From: Tubulanus polymorphus
Taxonomy: Eukaryota; Animalia; Nemertea
Assembly: GCF_964204645.1 (NCBI RefSeq)
Contig: NC_134030.1
Location: 19,986,210-20,050,209 of the forward strand
Direction of reading: 5' to 3'
Length of the DNA stretch: 64,000 bases
The number at the start of each line of letters is the position of its first letter. The stretch's first letter is position 1. Of the stretch, positions 21,680 to 34,667 are shown piece by piece. The notes below the pieces were generated by a model. The model was given only the letters and a program-made list of their open reading frames with translations, was not told the DNA's origin and did not search any database. Position numbers and translations under genes: made by a program.

Positions 21680-24600
21680 ATGGATCGACTGAGAGCGCTG
21701 TTTATAGCGTCGCTGATCGTCTGGCGGGTTAACATCGCACACGCTGATCTGTCTGACTCTGTGACGGTCAGTTCGTCTTGTAACAACACTTGGTACCCCG
21801 TCGATTCTACGTCCGGTTACATCGTTTCGCCGAATTACCCGTCGTTAACGCGCGGTGTTGAATGTCGTTGGTTCGTCAACAGCTCTTTACCGGGAACTTT
21901 CAACATCAAACTATACTACGACATCGAGCCGTCGATATTCTGTAGTGATAACTACCTTCTCGTCGGTGAGTCCGATAACAGATTCTGCGGCGAAGGAAAA
22001 CATGAAATCCGCCATAAGGATTCGATGTCGTTGATGTTTAGAAGTAACGTCGATGGTGCGCGGGGAAGTCGGGTTTATATCATATATCGTTTAGAACGGA
22101 ACAATTTGAAATTAATTCACACCTGTGGACAACACAACAAATTACCAACATCGATAGGATACAAGTTTGCTGTGTTGGTATGGAAATGTAAATTGTATTT
22201 GGAATGGATCGGGATCCCGGATGGTTTTGCTATGAATATCACGTTTTCGCACATAAAATTCCAATTATATCCCGGCACTGATCCAGCGGCAACTGTTCAA
22301 ATTCATGACGGATGGAACAGCAGTGAACTTCTTGCTGTAATACCAGAACAAACCGGACATCCACCTTCATCATTCTATACTAAAACTAACAAAGCTATGA
22401 TCAGTTTGCCACGTGGGCGAAACGTACTTACATCACAATTATCAGTTCAAGTGTATAGAATATCAGATTGGAACGTCTCTAATCCGTTTATCCAAATCTC
22501 TAATAACGAGTCTGGAGTGCGCATTCCTGATGACAACAGTTTACACGTAATAACTCGATCAAAACACTTACACTGCTGGTCTATCACAGTGCAGGTGTTA
22601 CAGTACGTCGTCTTCAACTGGACACGTGATCTCAGCACATCCGGTGACGTCATTGGTGTATATAAACTAGAAGGTTTACGCGTTGTAGGAACTGATATTT
22701 TACTCGGTTACAACTACCTGGAATCACTGAGTGTTAAATCTGACGGCTTTCTCGTCATACTGTGCGTCTTAATAAGACAAGGTGTTTTACCGTCGAATGT
22801 GAAAATTGAATTTGAAGTGAAATCTTTTTCCATAAAAGACGTACGAGTGGATAAACGCTCGGTGAGTATTGTGCGTTTTAATTTTAAGTTTATGATTTTA
22901 TTGTGTGTGAATCTCTGTTATTAGGTTTCATGCGTAGAGTTTATGTTTGTGTTCTGAGAATAAAGTGAAAGTCTTCGAAGCCAACACGAGAAGTTACGCG
23001 CACTTTTTCTTGGAGATCCAGATACTATAACTGCATGTGTAAATGATTATTGGGGTGATTTAGGGTGGGTTTTTATCAACTAAAATACTTTAGTGGGAAA
23101 TTTTGGATTTTCCACCTGAAAAAGAAATTTAATTTTAGCTAATCTTAAAACATGAATTGCTGCACGTGACAAAATCATTAATCGACGTAGATTTGAAAAT
23201 GTTGTTATGTTATTAATACTTGAAAAAACAAATGCTGATTTGTTATATTTTGTAGATATCTGGTAACAGAAACAAATACGGTTTGATTGTTCAAAATCTG
23301 TTCCCGACGACAAAGAAGACAACATTATCGTATCGCATAAATACATTAGAATTTAAACGGAAAGTTGATATCTATGATAATTTTAGGCTAACAGTTTTAT
23401 CAGAGACGTGCGAGAGAGCTGGATTTTATATATATGATGGTGGTAATTTTACAGCTAGACGCTATGGTCCGTATTGTCCTGGTTCATACTACGGTCGTCA
23501 CGTCGTCAGTCTGATTACATCAGGAGGACCGGTTACTGTAGTAGAGTACGTTTATAGTGATGTACCTAAATCTGGGTATCTCAGATTCAATCCTACTGAT
23601 TGTGACGGGTATGTTCTACAGGAAGGAGAAAATCAGATCAATATGACGTCACACTGTCTCGTGATTACACCTGAAAACCGGCGCCTTCCTTTAGAAAATA
23701 TTTATATATTATCAGAAAACGAATATCAAATTTACACATGTTTCCGTGGTTTAAATTCGTGTCGTGATGTTACTCTCACAACTCAATTACTGAATAACAG
23801 TCTCTTATTGAATCATCTGATGATAAAAGGAAGTAGTTATAGGTTCTGGAGTAGTTCAATGATGATTGTACTACGACGTAAATGTTTGGTGTTGATGATC
23901 TATCAAGATTCCCCGGTAGTTACTGCTAGTAGTTTTGCATACATCCCGCCGATGCGAGAAAAATGTGGAGTCGCACAATCACCGAACTATCCTGGATATG
24001 TTCCACAACGCAGTAAATCAAGTTTGTACTACTCATTTCATTACGACAAACATTTGAATTATTACATCAGATTCCTTTTCAAATTTATGGGACACGCCTC
24101 GTGCAGCCCTTCTAGTAGTAATACTGTTCGAGATCTGTTATTACTGGTACAGACTATTTTGAAACCCGGTAGTGATGTACTCCTTATGGGGCTGCGTCGC
24201 CACGAGACAAAAATATGTGAAAATAACGCTGTACCTGGACTTGTATTATACAGTCTACTCGGGTATGACCTTTACTTTGAAGCGAAAAACTATATACCTT
24301 TATTTCAAATTCAATACACTTTACAACAATCACCTTTACAAACACATCGAAATAATGACTGCGGATTAGATTTTCTAGATTCAGGTGTTTCGTGTATCAG
24401 ATACTTCAAACATGAACGTCTGAATTGGGAGTACGCTGAAATGTACTGTCAACAGAAATACGGAGGACATCTTCTCAGTATCAACTCTGAACAGGAAATG
24501 ATTGCTGTAAAAAAACTGTTCGCTACGAATCTTCTTCAGGAGGCGTATTCACAGGCAGCGCTGATTGTGATGATTGGATTGAAATTGCAGGTAAAATTGC

Positions 24601-27600
24601 ATTGCTGAATTGCATTGATTGATTGGAGGTAATTTCAAAGTATCGTTATGAACATGTTTACCAACATTCATTTAGTATTGAACATGATTTTGAATTTGTT
24701 ACCAATTCATTCATTCTCTACTAAAAGTCTAGAATCTTTCATATTAATTGAAACAGATTTCTATAAATCAACGTGTAAAATGTAACATAATCTTAATTTG
24801 ATAAACTCAATTCAGACGATTGATATAAGTTAGATATCCAAAAGCTAATCGTCATGAACTATTCTAAACCTTTTTCGATCAATGAAACTGAATTTATTTT
24901 GAACAGGATGATGGTTATTACACGTGGACTGATGGGAAACCATTGAGCTACACAGAATGGTTTAAACCTTCTATGATAAACGAAACGATACCAGAAGTTA
25001 TTCAAGGATTGATATCTCCTCTACGAAAACAACCGATAAATGACGTCAATATGCCGTGTACGGCGATGGTACTGAATAATCCACGAGGATCAGCGAACTG
25101 GGTTCGATTCCCGTGTCAAATAGAGGAGACTCGAACAACTTTCATTTGTGAAAAAGACAAAGATAACTCCTCATCGACTAAAAATCACAAATTACCTGTT
25201 GCAGAAGAAAACTCTACTTATTATTCGGGGATATTGGAATCAGTTAACTCCACGTGTTTTAAAGGATGGATTGGTATAGAAGGACATTGCTATCAGATAC
25301 ATACAGCCTGGGATACTCACAGATTGTCGATTCCGGAAGCTGAGGAAATGTGTCTTAAAATCGGTGGTGAAATAGGTATAGTATCCAATGATGTTATAAT
25401 TCAGCATTTGATTCAAATATTTCATTATGAACATCAATATGGTGCTATACTGGCGAAGGCTACGGATAGTGAATTTCTTGCTCTGAATCCAGTTTTGACC
25501 AGAGATGAAATAACATATAAAAAAACGGTGAAATGGTCAGTGACTGCCTTTGATAATGTCGCAGATGTAGCGCATTCAGTGCTATGTTCCTATAATGTAA
25601 CTGATGAAGAGTTGACTTCTATAAAAAGGTGTAAATCGTGGCAATTTGAATGTAACGATCAAAGATGTATCAGCGATCATCGCGTATGTGATACCAGAAA
25701 CGACTGTCAACACGGTGAAGATGAACTCGATTGTTCGGATTCAAACTGGCGCAGTCAGTTCCACTGTACTGATGGAAGAGTTATATCAGTGAGTAATTTG
25801 TGTGATTTTGTACGAGATTGCGCTGACGGATCTGATGAGAACTCGTGCTATCATACTTCATGTTCCTCTGAACAGTTTAAGTGTAGCAATGGACAATGTG
25901 TGGGTTTATATAATCGATGTGATGGACTGGTTGATTGTAAAGATAAATCTGATGAGATCGGCTGCTCTTCAGATGAATGTAACGGGTTTCTGTGTGTAAA
26001 TGGTGAATGTATCAGTTCTCTGTTGTATCGGGATGGTGTTGTAGATTGTGCTGGTAGCCTCGAAGAAGATGAGATTGTCGTCAACATAACAGTTACACCA
26101 AAGATTCACTGTACTACAAAGAACTACTGTACGACTAATTTCACAAACTTATGTAAGAAATCCGATGAACAAAGATGTTCTTTCGATTCTCCTCACTGTT
26201 ATTCTAGACGTCACAGGTGTATTTTAGAAAGGAGGCCGATTGGTTACCCGGTATGTAGAAGGCTCGAACATATACAAGGTTGTACTGATTTCAAATGTCC
26301 AGCTGGTGCTGCAAAATGTCCAGCATCTTACTGCATACCGATGGGACAGGTGTGCGATGGTCGATCCGATTGTCCTAACTCAGAAGATGAGCGAAACTGC
26401 AAGACTTTGTCGTGTCCCGGCATGTTTAAATGTGGCCATGAAAACCGATGCATACCTCAACCTGAAGTTTGTGATGGTGTCGTCAATTGTAAACATACCA
26501 CTGATGACGAAGCTTTCTGTGACGTCATATGTCCAAAGGAATGTAAATGTCAAGGTCATTTGATTGATTGCGATCATGCTGATTTCGAAGAAATTACTGA
26601 TCTTTTCTCGGCATCAACTCGAGTTCTGATTTTATCAAGAAACCGAGTTGTATTCAATGAGTCCACATTTTCTTCGTACCTCTATCTACATTTCCTTAAT
26701 ATTTCACGTAACAATTTGTCTTATATTGTTCCAAACTCGTTCTCAAACCTGCATAATCTACATACATTAGATCTAGCTTATAACCGCATAATATCATTTT
26801 CCGCGAATACATTCGCCGGTTTGTATAGTTTGAAAATGCTTTTGATTTTTGGAAATTCAGTGAGATATTTAGAAGAAGGCAGTTTTCATGGTTTAAAGTC
26901 ATTAAGCGATCTCGATCTTCACGGACTTTCCTTGTCGTTACTCGGTGGAAATGTGTTCCGTGGTTTATCAGCTTTAGAGTCGTTAAATATCAGCGGTAAC
27001 GTGATCAAAGATATTTCACCAAATGCGTTCGCCGGATTAACAAAACTAAGAAATCTGGATCTAACCAAAAATTCTGAAGACATATCCGTACAAAGAAACG
27101 TTTTTGACAGTCTTACATTATTGAGTTCTTTGGCTTCTGACGCGTACAAATTTTGTTGCATGGTTCCGAATGTTGACCAGTGTCTCCCGGAAGCCGACCA
27201 ATTTTCATCTTGTTCCGACCTGATGGGTAACACTGTTCTTAGAGCAATCATTTGGGCGATCGCTTCATTCAGCTTTTTTGCCAACATCATCGTAATTTTA
27301 CTTCGCGTTCAAGCGTTACGCATTTCATCCTCTGAATCACGTAACACATCCTCTGATATCCTCATCATTAATATTGCCACCTGCGATTTTCTCATGTCAA
27401 TTTATCTTTTTCTGATCGCTGGAGCCGATTACGTCTATAAAGGTGTTTATTTCCTCAATTCTGAAATGTGGACAGATAGTTCACTGTGTCGACTCGCTGG
27501 GATTTTAGTAACTCTTTCGTGCGAAGGGTCTTTGCTTTTTCTCCTGATTCTAACCCGTCAAAGATACTCGAATATCGTCGATCCATTTTCTGGAAGCCCA

Positions 27601-28137
27601 ATTATATCATCGACATATGTGTTCGGTATTTGCTGTATATGCTGGATCATTTTGGGCAACATTTCAATGCTACCGTTGTCGTCATCTTCTTATTTCGGAC
27701 ATAACTTTTACGGCACAACTGGTGTTTGTTTACCTATGAATTTACTATCCATCGATGTCCACGCCTGGCAATATTCATTCGCTATTTTTGCCGTGTTTAA
27801 CTCGGTCGTACTTGCTACAATAATGATGACGTATGCACAGATGTATAGACTCGTATCTGGAAGCAGGTCCGGCTCGGGTAGAGCTGATCCTACCGAATTG
27901 GTTCTGGCGCGTAGGAGTTTAGTGATAAATCTGTGTAATTTATTTTGCTGGTTACCGATAATTATCGTTCAGTTTTGCGCTGTATTCCGAGTAGAAATAC
28001 CGAATCAAGTGGCGGCTTGGTTGGCGGTACTTTTCCTACCGATCAACTCGTCACTGAATCCACTTCTTTACACCATCCTCACTATTGATATTAAATCTAT
28101 TCGGGCCAGAAATAAACGCGTTTTGAAAACTCGCTGA
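21680..28137 (+). CDS. GRL101-like LDLa/LRR GPCR with N-terminal CUB and C-type lectin domains, copy A; exons 21680-22861, 23256-24590, 24907-28137 (~1915 aa)
   Basis: Signal peptide MDRLRALFIASLIVWRVNIAHA and CUB (GYIVSPNYPS...CRW). Phase-0 GT-AG introns join IGLKLQ|DDGYYTWTDG (CTL). Multiple LDLa repeats (C..GEDE), LRRs, SSCSDL hinge and a 7TM ending PINSSLNPLLY. The start could instead be 21668. Confidence 0.9.
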
Positions 28138-28807
28138 ACCATTCGACTGTCAAACCCTGACTATGCACTCTAATCAGAATGCTGCGAAATCTTTTCAGAT
28201 GAAATATATTTAATAACATAAACACATACGTAGCAAACGTGTGGACTCGAGAACGAACTGATACTTGCTTATACGTTCCAATAAAAAAAAAAACTGACGA
28301 CACTTCAAGATAATATCGCAAAGTAATGAAATCATCGAATGGGTTTCGAATCGTGTCCAGAAATACGACGTAGCGATAAGAATACACGCTAGGAGAGCTG
28401 AGTAATGCCATCTAATATGAGTTGTAACACCGATTATCCTGACAGTTAATTACGCTTATTTTATATCAGGATGATTTAACAAATTATGTTAGCTGGAAAT
28501 AAAAGTGCCAAATAGTGGTACATGTTCTACGTTCATCGATTTAAAACCGTATTTGAGCGCTTCAATGTTAAAGCGAAGGATAAAGCTTGCGTTGCTTTCG
28601 TCCATTCAAAGTCCTACGCCCGGAGGAGGTGGGATCACTTCAAATGCGTGTCGAACCATATGGACATTATCGGCGCTGTTAAAGGTGATCTACGTCTTTT
28701 GAATTCAGTCGTGTTCAGTATGTTCTTGCCAGTTTCTCGTTTATTAATCTTTTATAGCCTCGGCCTTCAACACCCCCCTGACAAAGGATAAGTATCGTCT
28801 AATGCAC

Positions 28808-29085
28808 TGAGTTAGGTGTACTCGGGCCCACAACGGGAACGACAATTGAATCAATCGCTCAACACTGATCAGAATGATTACCGAGTTCCGATGCATCTTC
28901 GCCGTGTGCTGAAGTCCGTCACAGTACACAGTAAACACCGCCGACACTCCGTAAAAATAATTCAAATATCGGAATTTTTCCAGACCGTACGTGCACAACG
29001 ATAAGTATTCCTTCAATGAGGTGAAGCAAAATAACGCGACCAGGTATTTTAGGATCGCAAATATTCTGAGCAGGTGGTACGTACA
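28808..29085 (-). pseudogene. Fragment of the class A GPCR family found at 42566/45627/48747
   Basis: KEYLSLCTYGLEKFRYLNYFYGVSAVFTVYCDGLQHTAKMHRNSVIILISVERLIQLSFPLWARVHLTQ, nearly identical to those genes but truncated. Confidence 0.85.
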
Positions 29086-31533
29086 AATTTGTAAATTCGA
29101 GAAAAAACAATTGTAAGAAATAACCGTGAAAATAAGCGTTCGAACCCCTAAGCCCTCGGTTGCCTGGAGACTAGTGACCGGCGGCTTAAAACCACTCGGC
29201 CAATGCGCCTGTTACATGAGTTCATAGAAGGTTTGGCTAGTGTATTGAGCTTGGATCAAAATTTCCACCAGTTGTGATCTAGATGCTTAGTTTACGTTAG
29301 TATACTGAACGGCATCATCGATGACCAACAATATTCACCATTGAATATACGATTTGCTCACCTGTTGCACTGAAGGTTTGGGTTACTGATATTTCTGATC
29401 GATGAACCATGCTCACGAATCGGTGTGCAAATACATTTTCTAAAAGGAGTTTAATACAAATATACAGTTTGACACGTTGTAGTGCAGTTCGGTCGTCAAA
29501 ACAACTGACGAAAATTGTAATGAATACATGTAGTTAATCTATCATGTGAAACTGAATTAACTCACAAACATCAGTTTAAGTACTGTACTGCTATTTCCAA
29601 AATTTCGATGTATTAAATCAGGCAGCCAAGAAAATTCACTCCAAATCAGTCGCTTGCCGGTTAAAACTGAATTGAAGATTGTTTGAATGAACCGGAACCG
29701 AATTTCCCAATTATGTACTTTGAGCAAAAAACTTTTGTAAACTCGACCGCCGATCACACAACTATATCTGTACTTCGATTATCGATTGTAAAACCAAACC
29801 CCCTGTTTCGCTCCCGGCAGGTGTGGTGGGTTTTTAAGGGACATCCAATCAAAGAATCAAACGAAATTTACCAAGAAAATAAATAACAGGGACAATCCCT
29901 ATTTTAGGAAAAAAAACACAAATGAAGAAGAGCCACAATTCAAAGTATACACGATAAACTCTATCAAATTGAACCCACTACGTTCGCTAACAGCCACTAT
30001 CACGTGGAAATCGGCAAAATTACGGCAATATTTAAACTTCAAACCGGGGCGTTGATGATGTACGTAGTCCCGGCCCATTACATACATGAGTGACTTCTAG
30101 ACGAATAATATATTTATCGAAATCCCGATTAGAATATTCCTGCTGTGCGGCCAGTTTGTTCTCTACTTATCACCAAACTGTGTAAAACATATCCTCAATT
30201 GACGGTGCAGTATTTCAGGGGCGAATCTCGGGTATTTGGGTCCAGGGAAGTAAAAGGGACCATATGAAACGTTTCTGTAATGACGATGCAAGATGCATAA
30301 CGACATAGCCCTATGGCCAGGGGTACTCGACAATAGAAATGTTTTGAAATTTCAAGAAGAATTTGGTCAGATTTTCTACGAAGTTGAATATTGACGTCCA
30401 TGAAATTGATCATAAAATACACAATTCCACGACCACAATCACAATACCATTGTATATTCATCATTTTGCATGAGAAAATACCACTTCTGTTCTTTTTTAT
30501 ATTCACCTTTAATGTCACTTTTAAACAGTTTCGAGGAAAAAAGAATTCCTAAGAAATTCTTTTTTGGGACTTTCAAATTTAGGCGGGGGTGGGGCGGGCG
30601 GGGGGACGGGGCTCCTCTAACTCCGCCCCTGAATTGTGCCGCATTCTTAGGCAGTTTTTACTCCAAGTCTTCAAATCACGAGGAATACACGTATCACAGA
30701 GGGCCGCATTACGTCACTGCAGAAAATGCGTCTCGTGGAGAAAATGGTGGAAGGCGGGGACTTAACAAAACTGTTTAGATGATATAAAAGATGATGTGTG
30801 TTTCTGCTATCGTGAATATGTATTGTTAAAGGTTTTGAATACATATGGATTTAAAAACTTCTCGCTGCATTTCCCTGTAAGAGGACACCATGAAGAGTCA
30901 ATCAATCACCAAAGCTGTGCAATTATTTGGTTTTATTTCAATTTGTATTTGAAGAATATATAGTATCGCGCGCAATATTTTTCATTCATTCGTCGACTGT
31001 TCTGGCTCGAAAAAACGAGATATTGTCATTTCGAAAGTATAATACGTTGGAATAGCGACTAAGGTAAGCGTAGTGATAAAATATTCTAATTTAACGATAA
31101 AAATGATACCTTGTTTCTTAAAAGCTTAAAAGTTGACCCGGCCGGCCGCCGCCTATCTAACCTATACATTATTCTAAAAAAAGAAACTATTATCAGCCAA
31201 TCGACGACAAGACGCGGCGGCTATTGAAACGAATGGATTACAAATTTAATTGAAATTTACAAAATAATCCGGGCGCTGCGGAGAAACAAGGTGTCATTTT
31301 TAGCCCAACAATAATATACTCCGATACGTACAGCAGCAATTTCAGTAGCCGGAATCTAAAATACGACACATGACTAAACACTTTTTTTCTGCTGAAAATC
31401 ATGCATCGATTAATTGATCAATGACGTGTCACTGATCATACCGTTTAGCATAGTAGTATATTCTACGGTTATATGTAGATTTTCACCGATGGAGATCTCA
31501 ATATAAATTACATAAAATTCATAACCAAATTCA

Positions 31534-31579
31534 TTATTCCTGAAGATGACTATTAGGATATAGTCGAAACGTTGAATAA
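31534..31579 (+). ncRNA. Minimal hammerhead ribozyme motif, copy B
   Basis: Identical to 1602-1647. Confidence 0.65.
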
Positions 31580-32201
31580 ACTACTAAGCTCAAAGTAACA
31601 TTTTCGGACTTTTTCTTATCATTGTGGGATTCTCTCTACATCGCGTCAACGCGGATATAGTGTTCTATCAATCGTGTTCATAACCAAATTTTTCCATAAT
31701 AAATGATTTTCTATAATTGAGGTTAGGAACTAATTTCAAACGAATATCTTTTGACTTGATCATTTGGGCTGAGGAACCAAACTTGGAAGCGACTCTGAAG
31801 ACAAAAAATGAATTATTGATGATTATCTATATTAGATATTTAAAGCTTATCACTCACGGAAAGAAACGACAGAGACTTGTTCCTGCGATGCCCAAACACT
31901 AGCAATGCGGCCGCCCTGCAATCACTTCATAGCACGGCATTCAAACCAGCGATTCAAACCCGTTACACTGCTCTGCACTAAATCAAAAATACATCAAGTA
32001 TTCTTTATGACATTTTGACTATATCTATTATCAGTTCCTTTTTTCTGTGTAGCTGCGTTATTTCAAACCTGGCTCATTCTCTGACGAAAAGGTTTGCTCA
32101 TTGAGAGCCTATTTGAAAACTGTGGCAATATCAATTTTCTTTTCGAATTTTTGAAAATGCCAAATCGCAAATATATTTTATTCAAATTCTAGGCGAAGAA
32201 A

Positions 32202-32870
32202 ATGCTTGCTTACACAATGACTCGCATATGTGCTTTTGCTGCGATTGTGGCCAGTGCCGCGGCCTTCAGTGGTGAGTTAAGACTGGGAAAATGATACTCA
32301 GCTTCATAGGATTTCATAAATGATATAATTCAATTCGCAATTATCAGTAAACATTTAGTATGCGTTTATCGACTGAACGAATTGATTCGATAGATATATT
32401 TCACAAATGACACATATACATTTTGACAAATCCCTGTTGACGTGCAACATATTGTTATTATACACATGTATTTTTCAACACCCTGGCCCGCTAAGCGCCA
32501 CGCTAGAAGCGGGTTCGATGTTTCTTTTTCCCAATACCCACATCAGAGAAGAACCTCCGACCAAGAAACTCTGCCGCCTCCAGGCTTTGAACCCATAAAC
32601 CCCGGATTGATGAGAACAGTGACAGGCGGCTTATACCACTCGGCCACTGCGCCTCCCATCTGTTATCCTCATCGGGATCACCATTATAGTCCTACATCTG
32701 GGGCGGGAGTTCCATTATTTCTTCAATTTAGGTAAAAACGTCTTTCACTTCAAAATTCAATTTTTAATTTCATGCTTTTCGAAAATATAGATTGCCATCC
32801 AAACGGCAGGACGTGTGACGATAGCCTTAAGTGTTGCAGCAACACCTGTAGAGCTAGTATTTGTTCCTGA
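32202..32870 (+). CDS. Secreted cysteine-knot peptide precursor, copy B; exons 32202-32271 + 32791-32870
   Basis: MLAYTMTRICAFAAIVASAAAFS|DCHPNGRTCDDSLKCCSNTCRASICS*. Same splice sites as A, all six Cys kept. Confidence 0.85.
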
Positions 32871-34667
32871 TCGTTGAGTACAAAGGTTTATAACGGGATA
32901 TACTCGTGGTGATTTGGGAAATATATCCGATTATGAAACTGAACGATAGTCAGTTTTACTGACTAGGCCGTGTACTAAAAAGCTCGCACTGAATTTATAA
33001 TTGTTACCGATTCTTCATATCTTGTAGTAAATTAGATTGATAAAAACTGCGAGTAAATAAATCAATTGTCGGGTTGTTGACTGTTTTTATGATTCATTCG
33101 TCAGAGTTTTCAAAGTGATCAGAAGTGCCATTCCATCGGCGGTGAAGAACATTCATCGTCAATTAAAAAGGACTACTCGTAAGCAAAAGTCCAAAAACTC
33201 CCAATTCAATTATTTCAGTCCCAGGGTTTAAATGTTTCATATGTATCCATCCATCAAGATATTTACAGTTTTCTGTCCTGTTGCCCGGTCGGTGATTTTC
33301 TTGTGACGTCACTCAACCTCGTATGAAACTGGGGAAAACAATATAAATACAGTTTTAAGATGCTTTAAATGAAATCCATTTTCGTAGTTCATTGATGCTT
33401 CGATTTTTTTTATTCTCTAAATTTAAGATTTCTATAGATTATATCAGCGATAGGTGCCGAATATAAAGAGTAAATAAAACTGGCCCCAGAACTGAACCTC
33501 GGGGACTTCAACATCGAAAATCAGCAATATTAACTTTACCGTTTGTAACAACTTTGTGTGTACATTCCTGAAGGTGCCTAAGATTTGAAATAATTCTGTT
33601 TTGAAGCTGATTAGCGGCCATACGTTCAAGCATCTTTGTGGCTACAGGTTAGTAAGATAATGATCTATAAATATTCAATTAGTATAGATTTTAAAGTTGT
33701 GGTTTTAATCAAATTGCTCAAACGAGCATGATTTCAATTAAACAGTACAACACCGGTTTCCAAAGTGCAATTTATAATTCTAGTAACGATTGGAACAGTA
33801 ACACACTGTTTTAGAATTGGCGCGGGCAACTAAAGCATCTCCCTTATACTTCGCAAATCCACGACCCGCATCAAAATTCCTCGGAGCACCACGGCAAAAC
33901 TGATCATTAACGCGACTAATGGTCAGTAGCGTATGTTCCAAACGAGCGATGGAAATTCACCTATTTCAAACTGGTCATTTATGCGTAAAATACAAGCACT
34001 TGAGAGACACACGGATACGCGACATGGACTTAATAGCGTAACCTGCATTTTCAAGTGTATTAATGGCTTATGCGAGCTTTCAACTTAAACTTCGTGTTGG
34101 GCGGTGATTTATTGATAGGCCGTCTAGAAGACTGAGAACCGTGTAATTTTTTTTTGAAAAAAACTTTCTTTCAAAATTAATTCTGCAAGATCTAGCGGTT
34201 TGAAATCAAATAATTTCGTTTCGTTGACATTTTCGTCATCTTGAATTGATGCTAATGTAGAAAAGCATTGAATAATGATTTTGAGGCTCATCGTTAATAT
34301 TCAATGATTCTATAACTAAAATTACGTTCGGGTTGAATGTGTTCTGATGAAATACGTAATGTCTAATGACGAAATTCGTGTGTGAACAAATTGGAAAAAA
34401 AAAACAAAATTGGAATTAATTGGCGCCTTAGGAATTTTGGTAAGCAACGTGGAATCTAGAAATTATTGCTAATTGGAAAACAGATCTTTATGCAAAAAAT
34501 CCAAACATTTCAAATCTAGAATCGGTTTAGAACTAATTGCGGCAGTACCAAAAATCCACCTAAAAGAAGTCACAGCGAATTCTCTGATTGGACGAACTGC
34601 AATTTGTGTTCGTTATTATTCTACGAAAATGGTTTCGGTTCATTCTGTCGTGTTGATGCTGTTCGGT

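Larger units (their letters stand above)
1..28525 (+). repeat. Segmental tandem duplication unit A (knottin gene + GRL101-like receptor), interrupted by the Polinton
   Basis: Position 1 (tctagatgcttag) recurs at 29278 and 57720. Shared ORFs are offset by 29277 and 57719. Colinearity with B continues past the Polinton to ~28525 (B ~41546). Confidence 0.9.

Noticed and set aside
25240-27704. Overlapping or antisense small ORFs within the receptor exon 3 (duplicated at 38821-40723)
   Set aside because: Shadow ORFs. Their conservation only reflects near-identity of the duplicated exon.
34473-34667. N-terminal extension of ORF 34473 (and TTG starts at 21638, 23283, 24943, 37962)
   Set aside because: These are artefacts of alternative start codons. 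The frame is not conserved in A or C, and the internal ORFs are exons with proper AG acceptors.
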